A DNA stretch of 64,000 nucleotides, taken from positions 204,118 to 268,117 of the forward strand of contig CAVZVA010000012.1 of assembly GCA_963778655.1 (NCBI GenBank). Reading direction: 5' to 3'. This document shows positions 35,614 through 44,504 of the stretch, in pieces. This DNA comes from an uncultured delta proteobacterium. Lineage in GTDB: Bacteria; Myxococcota_A; Polyangia; Polyangiales; JAFGIB01. The notes below the pieces were generated by a model that was given only the letters and a program-made list of their open reading frames with translations, was not told the DNA's origin and made no database searches. The translations under genes were made by a program, and so were the position numbers. Numbering within the stretch: position 1 is the stretch's first letter; each line of letters begins with the position of its first letter.

Positions 35614-38600
35614 TCAGGGCGCGGTGCTGGTGCAGCAGCGGAAGCCGACGTTGGGCAGCCTCACGGTGTCGCTGGCGACCGCGAAGTCGAAGCTGCAGGT
35701 CATCCCGCCCGGCAGGTTGTTGTAGCTGCCGCCGCGTAGCGGATTCTGGCCGGGCGAGCTCGGCCCCGTGGTCCACTCCTTGGCGTTGCCGCTGAGGTCG
35801 AAGACCTGCCCGCCCTGCTCGTTGCTGAAGCACTGCGGGTACGAGCCGGTGGGCGCGAGCGCGTCGTCGTCCGCCGCGCCCGCCGCAGCCATCAGGTCGT
35901 GGCCGTTGCACGCGCTACGGTCGTTTGGATACGCGCTGGTCGAGGTGATGCACGTGCCGCCGCTGGGCGTGTAGCTCATCGAGCAGCTGTCGGAACCCTC
36001 GCAGGCGCTCACCCAGTCGGCCAGCTGGCACAGCTCCATGTCCGCCTTCGCGCAGGCGTCGAGCGCCTCCGGATAGGTGAGGTTAGTCCAGGGCAGCACG
36101 CCCGCGCGCGAGCAGGCGCGCTCGGCGATGATGCCCTGCTCGCTGTCGGTCGCATCGGGGTGGGACGCCTCGTACTTGTAGACCCACAGGTTCGAGCTCA
36201 CCTGCACCGTGTCGTCGTGCACGAAGCTCGGGTTGCTGCCGGGGTCGCTGCGTGGCTCGTCGACCTTGCCGTCGCAATCGTTGTCGATGCCGTCGCAGAC
36301 CTCGTCGGCGGGATCGATGGTGTTGGCCACCTCGCAGGTCACCCCGTTGCCCGCCTTGTTGCATACCAGCTGGCCCGTGACTTGGCAGGCGCCCACGCCC
36401 TCCGTGCACGGATCGCCGAGCGTGTCGAAGGTTTCGTCCACGCGGCCGTCGCAATCGTTGTCGAGCCCGTCGCAGTGCGTCTCGTCCTGCTCGCGCGCGT
36501 CCGGGTAGCGGCAGGTGAACTGTCCGCTCACGCAGACCGGCATGGTGCCGGCGCAAACGCCCTCCTGGTCGCAGTCGTTCACATCGGCGACGGTGTCCTC
36601 ATCCACCTTGTAATCGCAGTCGTCGTCCTTGCCGTTGCAGGTCTCGGGCTGCGGGTCCTTGCAGGTCGGACCGCCGTCCACCCCGCCGTCGACGTCCGCG
36701 TCGCCGCCGCCGCCGCCGCTGCCGCCCGAGCCGCCCTCGACCGGCGTAGACGCGTCCTTGTTGCCCCCGGGGATCGAGCCATCGCCGCTTGGGTGGTGGC
36801 CGGCATCGGTGCAGTCGATGCAGAAAGGGGCCACCTTGCAGCCGCTGCTCGGCAGCGCGGCCAGGCACAGGCCGAGCACCAGCAGCCCGGACGCCCCGCG
36901 CAGCCGTCGCCGCCGCAGCCACAGCGCGAGGCCCAGCAGCAGGCCCGCCGCCCATGCACCACCCGTGCGCGAGCCGCCCGCGCCCGGTACCGCGCGGCAG
37001 GCGCAGCCGCCGCCGCCCGTAGCCAGCACACGCGCGTTGGAGTCGCTGCCGTCGGAGGCGCCGCTGCCGCTGCCGGCGGGCGTCTGGCACTGGCCCGCGG
37101 CGCACAGCTGGTCCGCCGGGCAGTGCACGTTCCAGCAGGGATCGAGCACGCACTCGCCGCTCTTCGGATCGCAGCTCAGACCGTCGCCGCAGGACTTGTC
37201 GGCGCACGCGTTGTCGACGCAGCTGCCGCCGCTCGGATCGCACACCTGACCGGTCTTGCAGTGCGCGGCCGCGCACTTGTCGGTGACGCAGCTGCCCGCC
37301 GCGCAGCGCTTCCCGTCGGGGCAGGTGACGCTGGCGCAGCTGCGTTCGCACTTGCCGTCGCGGCACACCTGGTCGCTCTTGCAGCCGGCGTCCACGCAGG
37401 CGTCCTTCACGCAGTCGCCCGATTGCGCGTCGCACAGCTCGCCGCTCGCGCAGCCGAGCCCGGTGCAGTCGTTGGCCACGCAGTTGCCGGTGCGCTTGCT
37501 GCAGATCTTGTCTTTGGCGCAAACCACCCCGTCGCAGCGCGCCACGCACATCCCAGCCCGGCACAGGCACGGTGCCACGCTCTTGTCGTTGGGCGCGCAC
37601 GCCACCTCGTCATCGCGCATCAGCGTCGACTTGGGGCAGGCGTTGGCGTCGCAGTCGTCCTTCACGCACAGGCACTCGCCACTGGGCTGGAAGTCGGGGC
37701 GCAAGCCCTGCGGGCAGAACGGCATGAACTCCTGGGTCATGCCGCAGCGCGGCACGCACACGCAGCCGACGCACTTGCCGTCCGGGCACAGCGAGCCGTC
37801 GACCTCCTCATCGACGGTGCCGTCGCAGTCGTCGTCCTTGCAGTTACAGGTCTCGGGCTGGGGGCCGATCTCGCCCTGGCACTGGTCGCTGCCCGCGATG
37901 CACTCGAGCATGCCAGCCTTGCAGCTGCCCGTGTCGTTGCCGCACGTCATGCCGCTCGGGATGTCCTCGTCGATGCGCCCGTCGCAGTCGTTGTCCTTTC
38001 CGTCGCAGATCTCCGGCGGTAGATCGCCGCAGGTGCCGCAGGCGTTGTGCAGGCCCTCGTCGATCACGCCGTCGCAGTTGTCGTCCTTGCCGTCGCACAC
38101 CGTCTCGGGCGGCTTGGTGCACAGCGTGGGGTCGGTGACGCCGTTGGGGATGTCGCAGTACTTGGGAATGCCTTCGTCGATCGCGCCGTCGCAATCGTCG
38201 TCCACGCCGTTGCAGATCTCGGCCGGCGGCTGGGCGTCGGCGATGATCTGGCTGAGCGCCAGCGACAGCTCGGCCTCGTTGCTCGCGTAGTAGCCGTGGC
38301 TGGTGCCGCCGGCGACCGCGATGTGCTCGATGTGCGCGTCGCCGGGCGAGATGCCGAAGCCGATCGCGTAGGTCTGGATGCGCTTGCTGACCGGTCCGGC
38401 GGCGCTCGGCACCGTGGACTCGGTCAGCATCTCGTAGGCGAACTCGGGCGCGCTCTCGGAGAAGTTGTTGTTGCCACAGGTGGTCGCGTTGCTGCAGCCC
38501 GTCGCGCAGGTGATGCCGGCGCCGGCGTGCGCCTTGGGGCAGCCTTCCCAGGCCGGGTTGGCAGCGATGATGTTGCTGCAGTTGCCGCAGCACTCGTCGC

Positions 38601-39183
38601 CGTCGGTCAGCAGGATCACGCTGAGCGGCCGGCAGCTCAGGCCGGTGTCGCCGCTGGTGGGCGGCGTGAAGCCCTGGAAGCTCGAGGGCGAGCCGGTCCA
38701 GTACTGCTTGGCCGCGCTCAGCACCCCGCCGAGCGGCGTGTTGCCACCCGCGCACAGCTCGTTGCCGGGACCGTTTCCGTTGTTGTCGATCAGCGGCAGG
38801 ATGGCCTGCCAGCTATTGGTCTCGATCGGCACGCGCAGCCAGCCCGCGGCGGGCACCGGGTCGCAAGTGCCGACGTTGCCGCAGTCGGTGTTGTTGCTGG
38901 CCTTGGAGAACTGCATCAAGCCGAAGTCGGCGTCACCGGTGGCTTCGATGATCTTGGTCAGCGCGCACTTGGCCGAGCCGAGCTTGGTCGACGGATAGCC
39001 GGGGCAGGTCGGGGCCGGCGTGACGTTGTCGCCCATCGATCCTGAGGTGTCGACGATCAGCAGGAAGTACGGGCGTACGGCGGTGCCTTGCGCGCCGGCC
39101 GTCGCCGCCATCCCCCATGTCAAGATCGCGCAGACGAGCGCATGTCTCGGACGCACTAGAGCTCTCCTTGAGCACAAGGGCAC
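35614..39183 (-). CDS. Cys-rich surface protein: vWA + MopE-like repeats + internal MYXO-CTERM + lipoprotein-like module + FGE-sulfatase/SUMF1 domain
   Basis: Signal peptide, MIDAS DTSGS...TP...LTDG, seven C(N/D)xxD(D/N)xCDxxxDE repeats, GGGGCAC...TM...RRRR, a second h-region ending SSGC, and YKYEAS...DLSGNAKEW...RGGSY...GFRCC. Start may be GTG 39156. Confidence 0.9.
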   Translation of the reverse strand: MPLCSRRALVRPRHALVCAILTWGMAATAGAQGTAVRPYFLLIVDTSGSMGDNVTPAPTCPGYPSTKLGSAKCALTKIIEATGDADFGLMQFSKASNNTDCGNVGTCDPVPAAGWLRVPIETNSWQAILPLIDNNGNGPGNELCAGGNTPLGGVLSAAKQYWTGSPSSFQGFTPPTSGDTGLSCRPLSVILLTDGDECCGNCSNIIAANPAWEGCPKAHAGAGITCATGCSNATTCGNNNFSESAPEFAYEMLTESTVPSAAGPVSKRIQTYAIGFGISPGDAHIEHIAVAGGTSHGYYASNEAELSLALSQIIADAQPPAEICNGVDDDCDGAIDEGIPKYCDIPNGVTDPTLCTKPPETVCDGKDDNCDGVIDEGLHNACGTCGDLPPEICDGKDNDCDGRIDEDIPSGMTCGNDTGSCKAGMLECIAGSDQCQGEIGPQPETCNCKDDDCDGTVDEEVDGSLCPDGKCVGCVCVPRCGMTQEFMPFCPQGLRPDFQPSGECLCVKDDCDANACPKSTLMRDDEVACAPNDKSVAPCLCRAGMCVARCDGVVCAKDKICSKRTGNCVANDCTGLGCASGELCDAQSGDCVKDACVDAGCKSDQVCRDGKCERSCASVTCPDGKRCAAGSCVTDKCAAAHCKTGQVCDPSGGSCVDNACADKSCGDGLSCDPKSGECVLDPCWNVHCPADQLCAAGQCQTPAGSGSGASDGSDSNARVLATGGGGCACRAVPGAGGSRTGGAWAAGLLLGLALWLRRRRLRGASGLLVLGLCLAALPSSGCKVAPFCIDCTDAGHHPSGDGSIPGGNKDASTPVEGGSGGSGGGGGDADVDGGVDGGPTCKDPQPETCNGKDDDCDYKVDEDTVADVNDCDQEGVCAGTMPVCVSGQFTCRYPDAREQDETHCDGLDNDCDGRVDETFDTLGDPCTEGVGACQVTGQLVCNKAGNGVTCEVANTIDPADEVCDGIDNDCDGKVDEPRSDPGSNPSFVHDDTVQVSSNLWVYKYEASHPDATDSEQGIIAERACSRAGVLPWTNLTYPEALDACAKADMELCQLADWVSACEGSDSCSMSYTPSGGTCITSTSAYPNDRSACNGHDLMAAAGAADDDALAPTGSYPQCFSNEQGGQVFDLSGNAKEWTTGPSSPGQNPLRGGSYNNLPGGMTCSFDFAVASDTVRLPNVGFRCCTSTAP

Positions 39184-39389
39184 GCTGGTTACGCTGTTAT
39201 GGAGTTTTCGCCGGAAGTCGAGTGAAAATTCGGGTTCGCGATCGCTTGCTCGCGTTCCGCGTCGCGCTCTTGTAGCACAAGCGAATCCAACTGCAGGGGC
39301 TGTCTGTCGACCTGCGTCACTGTAGGCCGGGTAGGCTGGCTGGGCGTTCGTCGCCCGGCGCGGCGCACGAGATGGTATGCTAATCCACG

Positions 39390-39734
39390 ATGTCGCGTCC
39401 TACGGCCATCCCGTCGCCGGTCGCCACCGTCGTGGTCGTCGGCGGTCCGCCCGAGCTGATCGAGGCGACCCGACAGGCCGCCGGGATCGCGGCCTCGGCC
39501 AAGGTCGAGACCGCCGAGCTCGCCAACGCTGCCACCGTGGTCGCCACCATCCGGCCCTTCGCGATCGTCATGAGCGAAGACGTGTACGCCTTCGACGCAG
39601 CCGAGTTCGACGCGCTGGCCCGCGACGTCAACGCGACGCTGCTCAAGATCGAATCAGGCTCGAGCGATTCGGCCAAGCTGGAGCGCGTGCTGATGCCCAA
39701 GCTGGGCCGCGCCCACCGCCGCCGGCAGGGTTAA
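39390..39734 (+). CDS. small hypothetical protein, degenerate receiver-like fold
   Basis: TVVVVGG...IRPFAIVM alpha/beta pattern without the canonical acidic pocket; good codon usage. Confidence 0.65.
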   Translation: MSRPTAIPSPVATVVVVGGPPELIEATRQAAGIAASAKVETAELANAATVVATIRPFAIVMSEDVYAFDAAEFDALARDVNATLLKIESGSSDSAKLERVLMPKLGRAHRRRQG

Positions 39735-39786
39735 CGGCCGCGGGGCCTCCATGCTACAAGACGGCGGGGACCGGGGGAGAGCGCTT

Positions 39787-40452
39787 ATGAGCCCGCGACC
39801 GATCAGCAGTCTGTGCTTGTGGATGGGGTTGTGGCTGGCGGCCGGCTGCGGCGGCGGCGGTCAGGCCTCGCCGAGCATGCCCCAGGCCTCGCCCCCCGCG
39901 AGCGGCGGCGAGCAGCCAGCCGCGGTCACGGAGCCCGCCCAGGCGCCGGAGCCTGCGGTGCCGAGCGGTCCGGCAGCGGTCACGGTCGAGGTCAAGGTGC
40001 ACGGCAAGCCGGCCGCGGCCGAGGTGAAGCTGCTCGGGGCCGACGGCACCGAGGTTGCCAGCGGTGCGGCGGGCGAGCCGCTGCAGGCCACCTCGGGCGA
40101 GTACACGATGCTGGTGAGTATCACCGACGCCAAGGCGCTGCTCGACAAGCCGACCCAGCGCCGGCCGCTCACGCTGCACGCCGGCGACGACCTGCACGAG
40201 GTGGTGGAGTTTCCTTGGGCGATGGTCCAGCTCAACGTCATGATCAACGGCCGGGCGGCCGGCAGCGCCACCGTGCACCTGATGCGCCAGGGCGCGGAGA
40301 TCGGCATGATCAAGTCGGGCGCTGATTTCACGCCGATTTCGCCCGGCCGCTACCAGGCCGAGGTCAAGACGGCGGGCGCGTCGATCAAAGTCGAGGGACT
40401 GATGTTCCCGGAAGGCGCGACCCAGACCATTCCCGTCCACGTGAAGCTGTAG
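39787..40452 (+). CDS. hypothetical lipoprotein with two beta-rich domains
   Basis: ATG after GGAG, lipobox LAAGC, and repeated GEYT / PGRYQ beta-sandwich-like motifs. Confidence 0.75.
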   Translation: MSPRPISSLCLWMGLWLAAGCGGGGQASPSMPQASPPASGGEQPAAVTEPAQAPEPAVPSGPAAVTVEVKVHGKPAAAEVKLLGADGTEVASGAAGEPLQATSGEYTMLVSITDAKALLDKPTQRRPLTLHAGDDLHEVVEFPWAMVQLNVMINGRAAGSATVHLMRQGAEIGMIKSGADFTPISPGRYQAEVKTAGASIKVEGLMFPEGATQTIPVHVKL

Positions 40453-40548
40453 ACGCGGCGGTGCTGTGGCGCGCGCGCGAGACCGGGCCTTGCCGCGCGC
40501 CCTTGACCAAAGCCGCGGGCGGGTCTTAGCTGTGCCCGGAGGCGCAAC

Positions 40549-41961
40549 GTGGCTGAACGATCGGCGATCCGGACCCTGGGCGAGCTGAAGCAGTCGGGCT
40601 ATCGGCCTCGCGGGCTGCGCGACGAAATCCGCGTCAACCTGCTGGCCAAGATGCGCGCGCGCGCGACGCTCTTTCCCGGCATTCTCGGCTACGAGGACAG
40701 CGTCCTGCCGGCGATCGAGAACGCGCTGCTGTGCGGTCAGGACCTGCTGTTCCTGGGCGAGCGCGGCCAGGGCAAGAGCCGGCTGATCCGCAGCTTGGTC
40801 GAGCTGCTGGACGAGTGGATCCCCGAGATCGGGGGCAGCGAGATCCACGACGACCCCTTCGCGCCGGTCTCCCACTACGGCAAGGCGACGCTGGCGCAAC
40901 ACGGGGACAGCACGCCGATCAACTGGGTGCACCGCAGCGAGCGCTACGGCGAGAAGCTCGCCACGCCCGACGTGTCGACCGCCGACCTGATCGGCGACGT
41001 GGACCCGATGAAGGTGGTCGAGGGTCGCTCGCTGTCCGACGAGCTCACCATGCACTTCGGGCTGCTGCCGCGGACCAACCGCGGCATCTTCTGCATCAAC
41101 GAGCTGCCCGACCTGACCGAGAAGATCCAGGTCGCATTGTTCAACGTGATGGAGGAGCGCGACGTTCAGATCAAGGGCTACCGCGTGCGCCTGCCGCTCG
41201 ACATCCTGGTCGTGGCCAGCGCCAATCCGGAGGACTACACCAGCCGCGGCCGCATCGTCACCCCGCTCAAGGACCGCTACGCGGCGCAGATTCGCACGCA
41301 CTATCCGGAGACGCGAGAGCTCGAGCTGGCGGTGGTCGAGCAGGAGGCCCACGTTGCGGGAGTCGAGGGGGTGCAGGTCTTCGTGCCGGACTTCATGAAG
41401 AAGATCGTGGCCGAGATCACCTTCCAGGCACGCACCAGCCCCGACGTCAACCAAGCCAGCGGCGTGTCGGTGCGGCTGAGCATTTCCAATTACGAGACGT
41501 TGATCGCGAATGCCCTGCGCCGGGCCATGCGCCATGGAGACGGCCAGGCCGTTCCGCGCGTCTCGGACCTCGGCGCGCTGCGCGCGTCGACGCTGGGCAA
41601 GCTCGAAATCGAATACGCTGCCACCAACCGTTCCGAGCAGGACATCGTGGGCGAGTTGATCAAGCGCGCGACCAAGGTGGTGTTCGACGCAGTTGCCGGC
41701 GACATCGCGGTCTACAAGCCGATCGTGGAGGCCTTCAACAAGGGCTGGATGGTCGAGATCACCGATATGACGCCGCCCAAGGAGTTCGTCGAGGGCATGG
41801 ACAAGATCCAGGGCCTGCGCGAGGCGGCGTTGCGGCTGGCAGGCGGCGAATCCGCGCCGCGGATGGCCTCGGCGATCGAGCTGATCCTGGAAGGCCTGCA
41901 CCTCTCGAACAAGCTCAACAAATCCATCGGTGAGCACGGCGCCGTGTACGGCAACAAATGA
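40549..41961 (+). CDS. AAA+ ATPase, ChlI/MoxR-related (Rv0958-like)
   Basis: LGERGQGKSR, ADLIGDVDP, GIFCINELPDL, ASANPEDY and PLKDR. Confidence 0.9.
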   Translation: MAERSAIRTLGELKQSGYRPRGLRDEIRVNLLAKMRARATLFPGILGYEDSVLPAIENALLCGQDLLFLGERGQGKSRLIRSLVELLDEWIPEIGGSEIHDDPFAPVSHYGKATLAQHGDSTPINWVHRSERYGEKLATPDVSTADLIGDVDPMKVVEGRSLSDELTMHFGLLPRTNRGIFCINELPDLTEKIQVALFNVMEERDVQIKGYRVRLPLDILVVASANPEDYTSRGRIVTPLKDRYAAQIRTHYPETRELELAVVEQEAHVAGVEGVQVFVPDFMKKIVAEITFQARTSPDVNQASGVSVRLSISNYETLIANALRRAMRHGDGQAVPRVSDLGALRASTLGKLEIEYAATNRSEQDIVGELIKRATKVVFDAVAGDIAVYKPIVEAFNKGWMVEITDMTPPKEFVEGMDKIQGLREAALRLAGGESAPRMASAIELILEGLHLSNKLNKSIGEHGAVYGNK

Positions 41962-43586
41962 AAGTGGTTCGCTACAGCCGCTGGGACGGTACCCAGAGCG
42001 AGTTCAGCCTCGACGCCGATCAGGCGCTCGACGCCGTGAGCGACCTGATGATGCACGGGCTCAACGTGCGTGAGGCGATGCAGTACATGCGCCAGTACGG
42101 CTTCGACCTCGCCGGTCAGGACTTTCGCGTGATGGGCGCGCAGGAGCTGATGCACGAGCTGCGCAAGCAAGCCCGCGAGCTGCTCGAGCGTTACGACCTG
42201 CGGCACGCCACCGACGAGCTGCGCGAGCGCTGGAACGAGCTGAGCGCGTTGGAGGAGCAGACGCTGCGCGAGCGGCACGGCTACGAGTCGAGCAAGATGA
42301 ACGATTTCCTGGAGCGGCGCCACTCCACCGGACAGCGGTTGTCCGATCAGATCGAGCGCTTCTCGGACTACGAATTCGAGAACGAGGACTCTTCCGAGGC
42401 CTACCAGGAGCTGAAGCAGGAGCTCGACCGGCTGAAGGCGCTCGAGGACTTCCTGCAGCGCTACCAGAACCACTTTCGAGGCCGCACCCAGGCCGACTAC
42501 CAGACGGCGCAGCGCATCCGCGAGCAGTTGGAGGCGACCGAGCAGCTGATGCAGGCGCTGCAGGAAGGGCGGTTCGACCAGGTCGATCCGCAGCAGCTCG
42601 GTGAGCTACTGGGACAGAACGCATCGCGTTCCTTGATCATGCTGCGCGATCTGGAGTCCTCGTTGCGCGAGCGCGGCTATCTCCGCACCCGCGACGGCCA
42701 AGACGAGCTCACGCCGACGGCGGTACGCCGGATCGGTGCGCAGGCGCTGGCGCAGGTCTACAGCAGCCTGCGCAAGGGCCGCCAGGGCGGCCACGAGACC
42801 AACGCTGCCGGCGTGTCGCTGCCGCGACCCGACGAGACGCGGCCCTACCGTTTCGGCGACTCGCTCGACGTCGACGTGGTCAAGTCGGTGCTCAACGGCC
42901 TACGGCGCGAGGCCAAGCGGGGCGAGCATACCCGGGGCGGATCGGGTATCCGGCTCGAGCTCGACGATATCGTGGTGCGCGAGCAGGACTTCACCACGCA
43001 GTCGACCACGGTGCTGCTGCTGGACCTGTCCTGGTCGATGTCGTTCGAGGATCGTTTTCCGGCCGCCAAGCGCGTGGCGCTGGCGATGCACCAGCTGATC
43101 CGCACGCAGTTTCCGCGCGACCACTTCTCGGTGGTGGGCTTCTCGACGCGCGCGCGTGAGCTGCGTCCCCAGGAGCTGCCCGAGATCACCTGGGATCCGG
43201 GCGACCCCTTCACCAACCTGCAGGAAGGCCTGATGGTGGCCGAGCGCTTGATCGCCAAGCACCCGAGCCCCTCGCCGCAGATCCTGGTGATCACCGACGG
43301 CCAGCCGACCGCGTACTTCGTCGACAACGAGCTGCACGTGGAATGGCCGAGCGGCTACGGCGGTATCTCCCCGCGCGCGGTCGCGCAAACCTTGAAGCAG
43401 GTGCAGCGCATCACCCAGCGCGGCATCACCATCAACACCTTCATGCTCCACGACTCGCCGGAGCTGGTCGGCTTCGTCGAGCGCATGACCGAGATCAACC
43501 ACGGCCGCGCGCTATTCACCGATCCTCAGAAGCTCGGCTCCTACGTGATGGTCGATCACCTCGCGCACCGCCGTAAGCGCAGGTAG
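41958..43586 (+). CDS. vWA domain protein partnered with the AAA+ ATPase (Rv0959-like)
   Basis: ATGA overlap. RYSRWDGTQ at the N-terminus, MIDAS DLSWS...TN...ITDGQPTA. Confidence 0.9.
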   Translation: MKVVRYSRWDGTQSEFSLDADQALDAVSDLMMHGLNVREAMQYMRQYGFDLAGQDFRVMGAQELMHELRKQARELLERYDLRHATDELRERWNELSALEEQTLRERHGYESSKMNDFLERRHSTGQRLSDQIERFSDYEFENEDSSEAYQELKQELDRLKALEDFLQRYQNHFRGRTQADYQTAQRIREQLEATEQLMQALQEGRFDQVDPQQLGELLGQNASRSLIMLRDLESSLRERGYLRTRDGQDELTPTAVRRIGAQALAQVYSSLRKGRQGGHETNAAGVSLPRPDETRPYRFGDSLDVDVVKSVLNGLRREAKRGEHTRGGSGIRLELDDIVVREQDFTTQSTTVLLLDLSWSMSFEDRFPAAKRVALAMHQLIRTQFPRDHFSVVGFSTRARELRPQELPEITWDPGDPFTNLQEGLMVAERLIAKHPSPSPQILVITDGQPTAYFVDNELHVEWPSGYGGISPRAVAQTLKQVQRITQRGITINTFMLHDSPELVGFVERMTEINHGRALFTDPQKLGSYVMVDHLAHRRKRR

Positions 43587-43591
43587 CGAGC

Positions 43592-43689
43592 AGCCGACAA
43601 CGAGGACGGCTGTTCTCGTCCTCGCGCACGCGCCAGCTTTCGTGCTCGTAGTCGTGCTCGTCCTCGAAACGCGTGCTCGTGGTCGGCTG
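43592..43689. repeat. CTCGTN hexamer-rich inverted repeat between convergent genes
   Basis: CAGCCGAC...GTCGGCTG ends enclosing (C/T)TCGTG-CTCGTA-GTCGTG-CTCGTC runs. Confidence 0.5.
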
Positions 43690-43693
43690 TGGT

Positions 43694-44263
43694 CTACTCG
43701 TCCGGCCCGGTCCACTCCGTGATGTAATCCTTGGGCTCGGGACGGGGCACCGTGGGGGTAGGGGCGGCTGGGGTGCCGGCGTAGATGAAGGCCACGATTG
43801 CGTCCTGCTCGTCCAGGCCGAGCGCGCGTTTGACGCCGGCGTCATAGGCCGGCGCGCCCGTGCGCCACATCCCGGCGTAGCCGCGGGCGTGCAGTCCGAG
43901 CAGGATGTTCTGCGCCGCGCAGCCCGCCGACAGCACTTGCTCGAGCGCGGGCGCCTTGGGGTGCTCGCGCACGCGCGCAGAGACCACGATCAGCAACGGG
44001 GCGCGCAAGGGTTTCCTTTCTTCCTTGCTCAGCTCGGCTTCGTCCGCGCCGGGTTTGCGCTGCAGCAAGGCCTGCCGCATCACGGCACCCAGGCGGGCGC
44101 GCGCCTGCCCGCGGATCAGCTGAAAGCGCCAGGGCCGCAGCACACCGTGGTCGGGCGCGCGCTGGGCGGCGCGCAGCACCAGCTGCAGGGTGTCCTCATC
44201 CGGGGCCGGCTCGCTCAGCCGGCCGTTGGAAGCGCGCGTAAGCAGCATCTCGATCGCGTCCAT
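43694..44263 (-). CDS. nitroreductase, YdjA-like
   Basis: RAS, RAPDHG.LRPWRF, RAPL, SAGCAAQN and MWRTG. Confidence 0.9.
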   Translation of the reverse strand: MDAIEMLLTRASNGRLSEPAPDEDTLQLVLRAAQRAPDHGVLRPWRFQLIRGQARARLGAVMRQALLQRKPGADEAELSKEERKPLRAPLLIVVSARVREHPKAPALEQVLSAGCAAQNILLGLHARGYAGMWRTGAPAYDAGVKRALGLDEQDAIVAFIYAGTPAAPTPTVPRPEPKDYITEWTGPDE

Positions 44264-44504
44264 GTCGACAGTTTACACCAGAAAGCGCCGATGTAGGTTG
44301 CGGTCAGCGCGTGTGCCGTGTCTCCGTAGAGCACGCATGTACACGTGCATCATCATCTCGACGCCCACGCGACCGTAAGTGAGCACAGGAGGTCGCGGCC
44401 GCAGTGTGCTACGCTGGGGCAGAGAGCGTGTCCGGCCGCAACGGTTTCGGCGGGCGCGTTGCAAGGCCACGATCGCTTGACGTCGTTGATCCAGAAGGGC
44501 TTGG

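Noticed and set aside
40549..41961. Magnesium chelatase or photosynthesis gene
   Set aside because: No bch/chl or cobN genes are present; the AAA+/vWA pair is a generic module.
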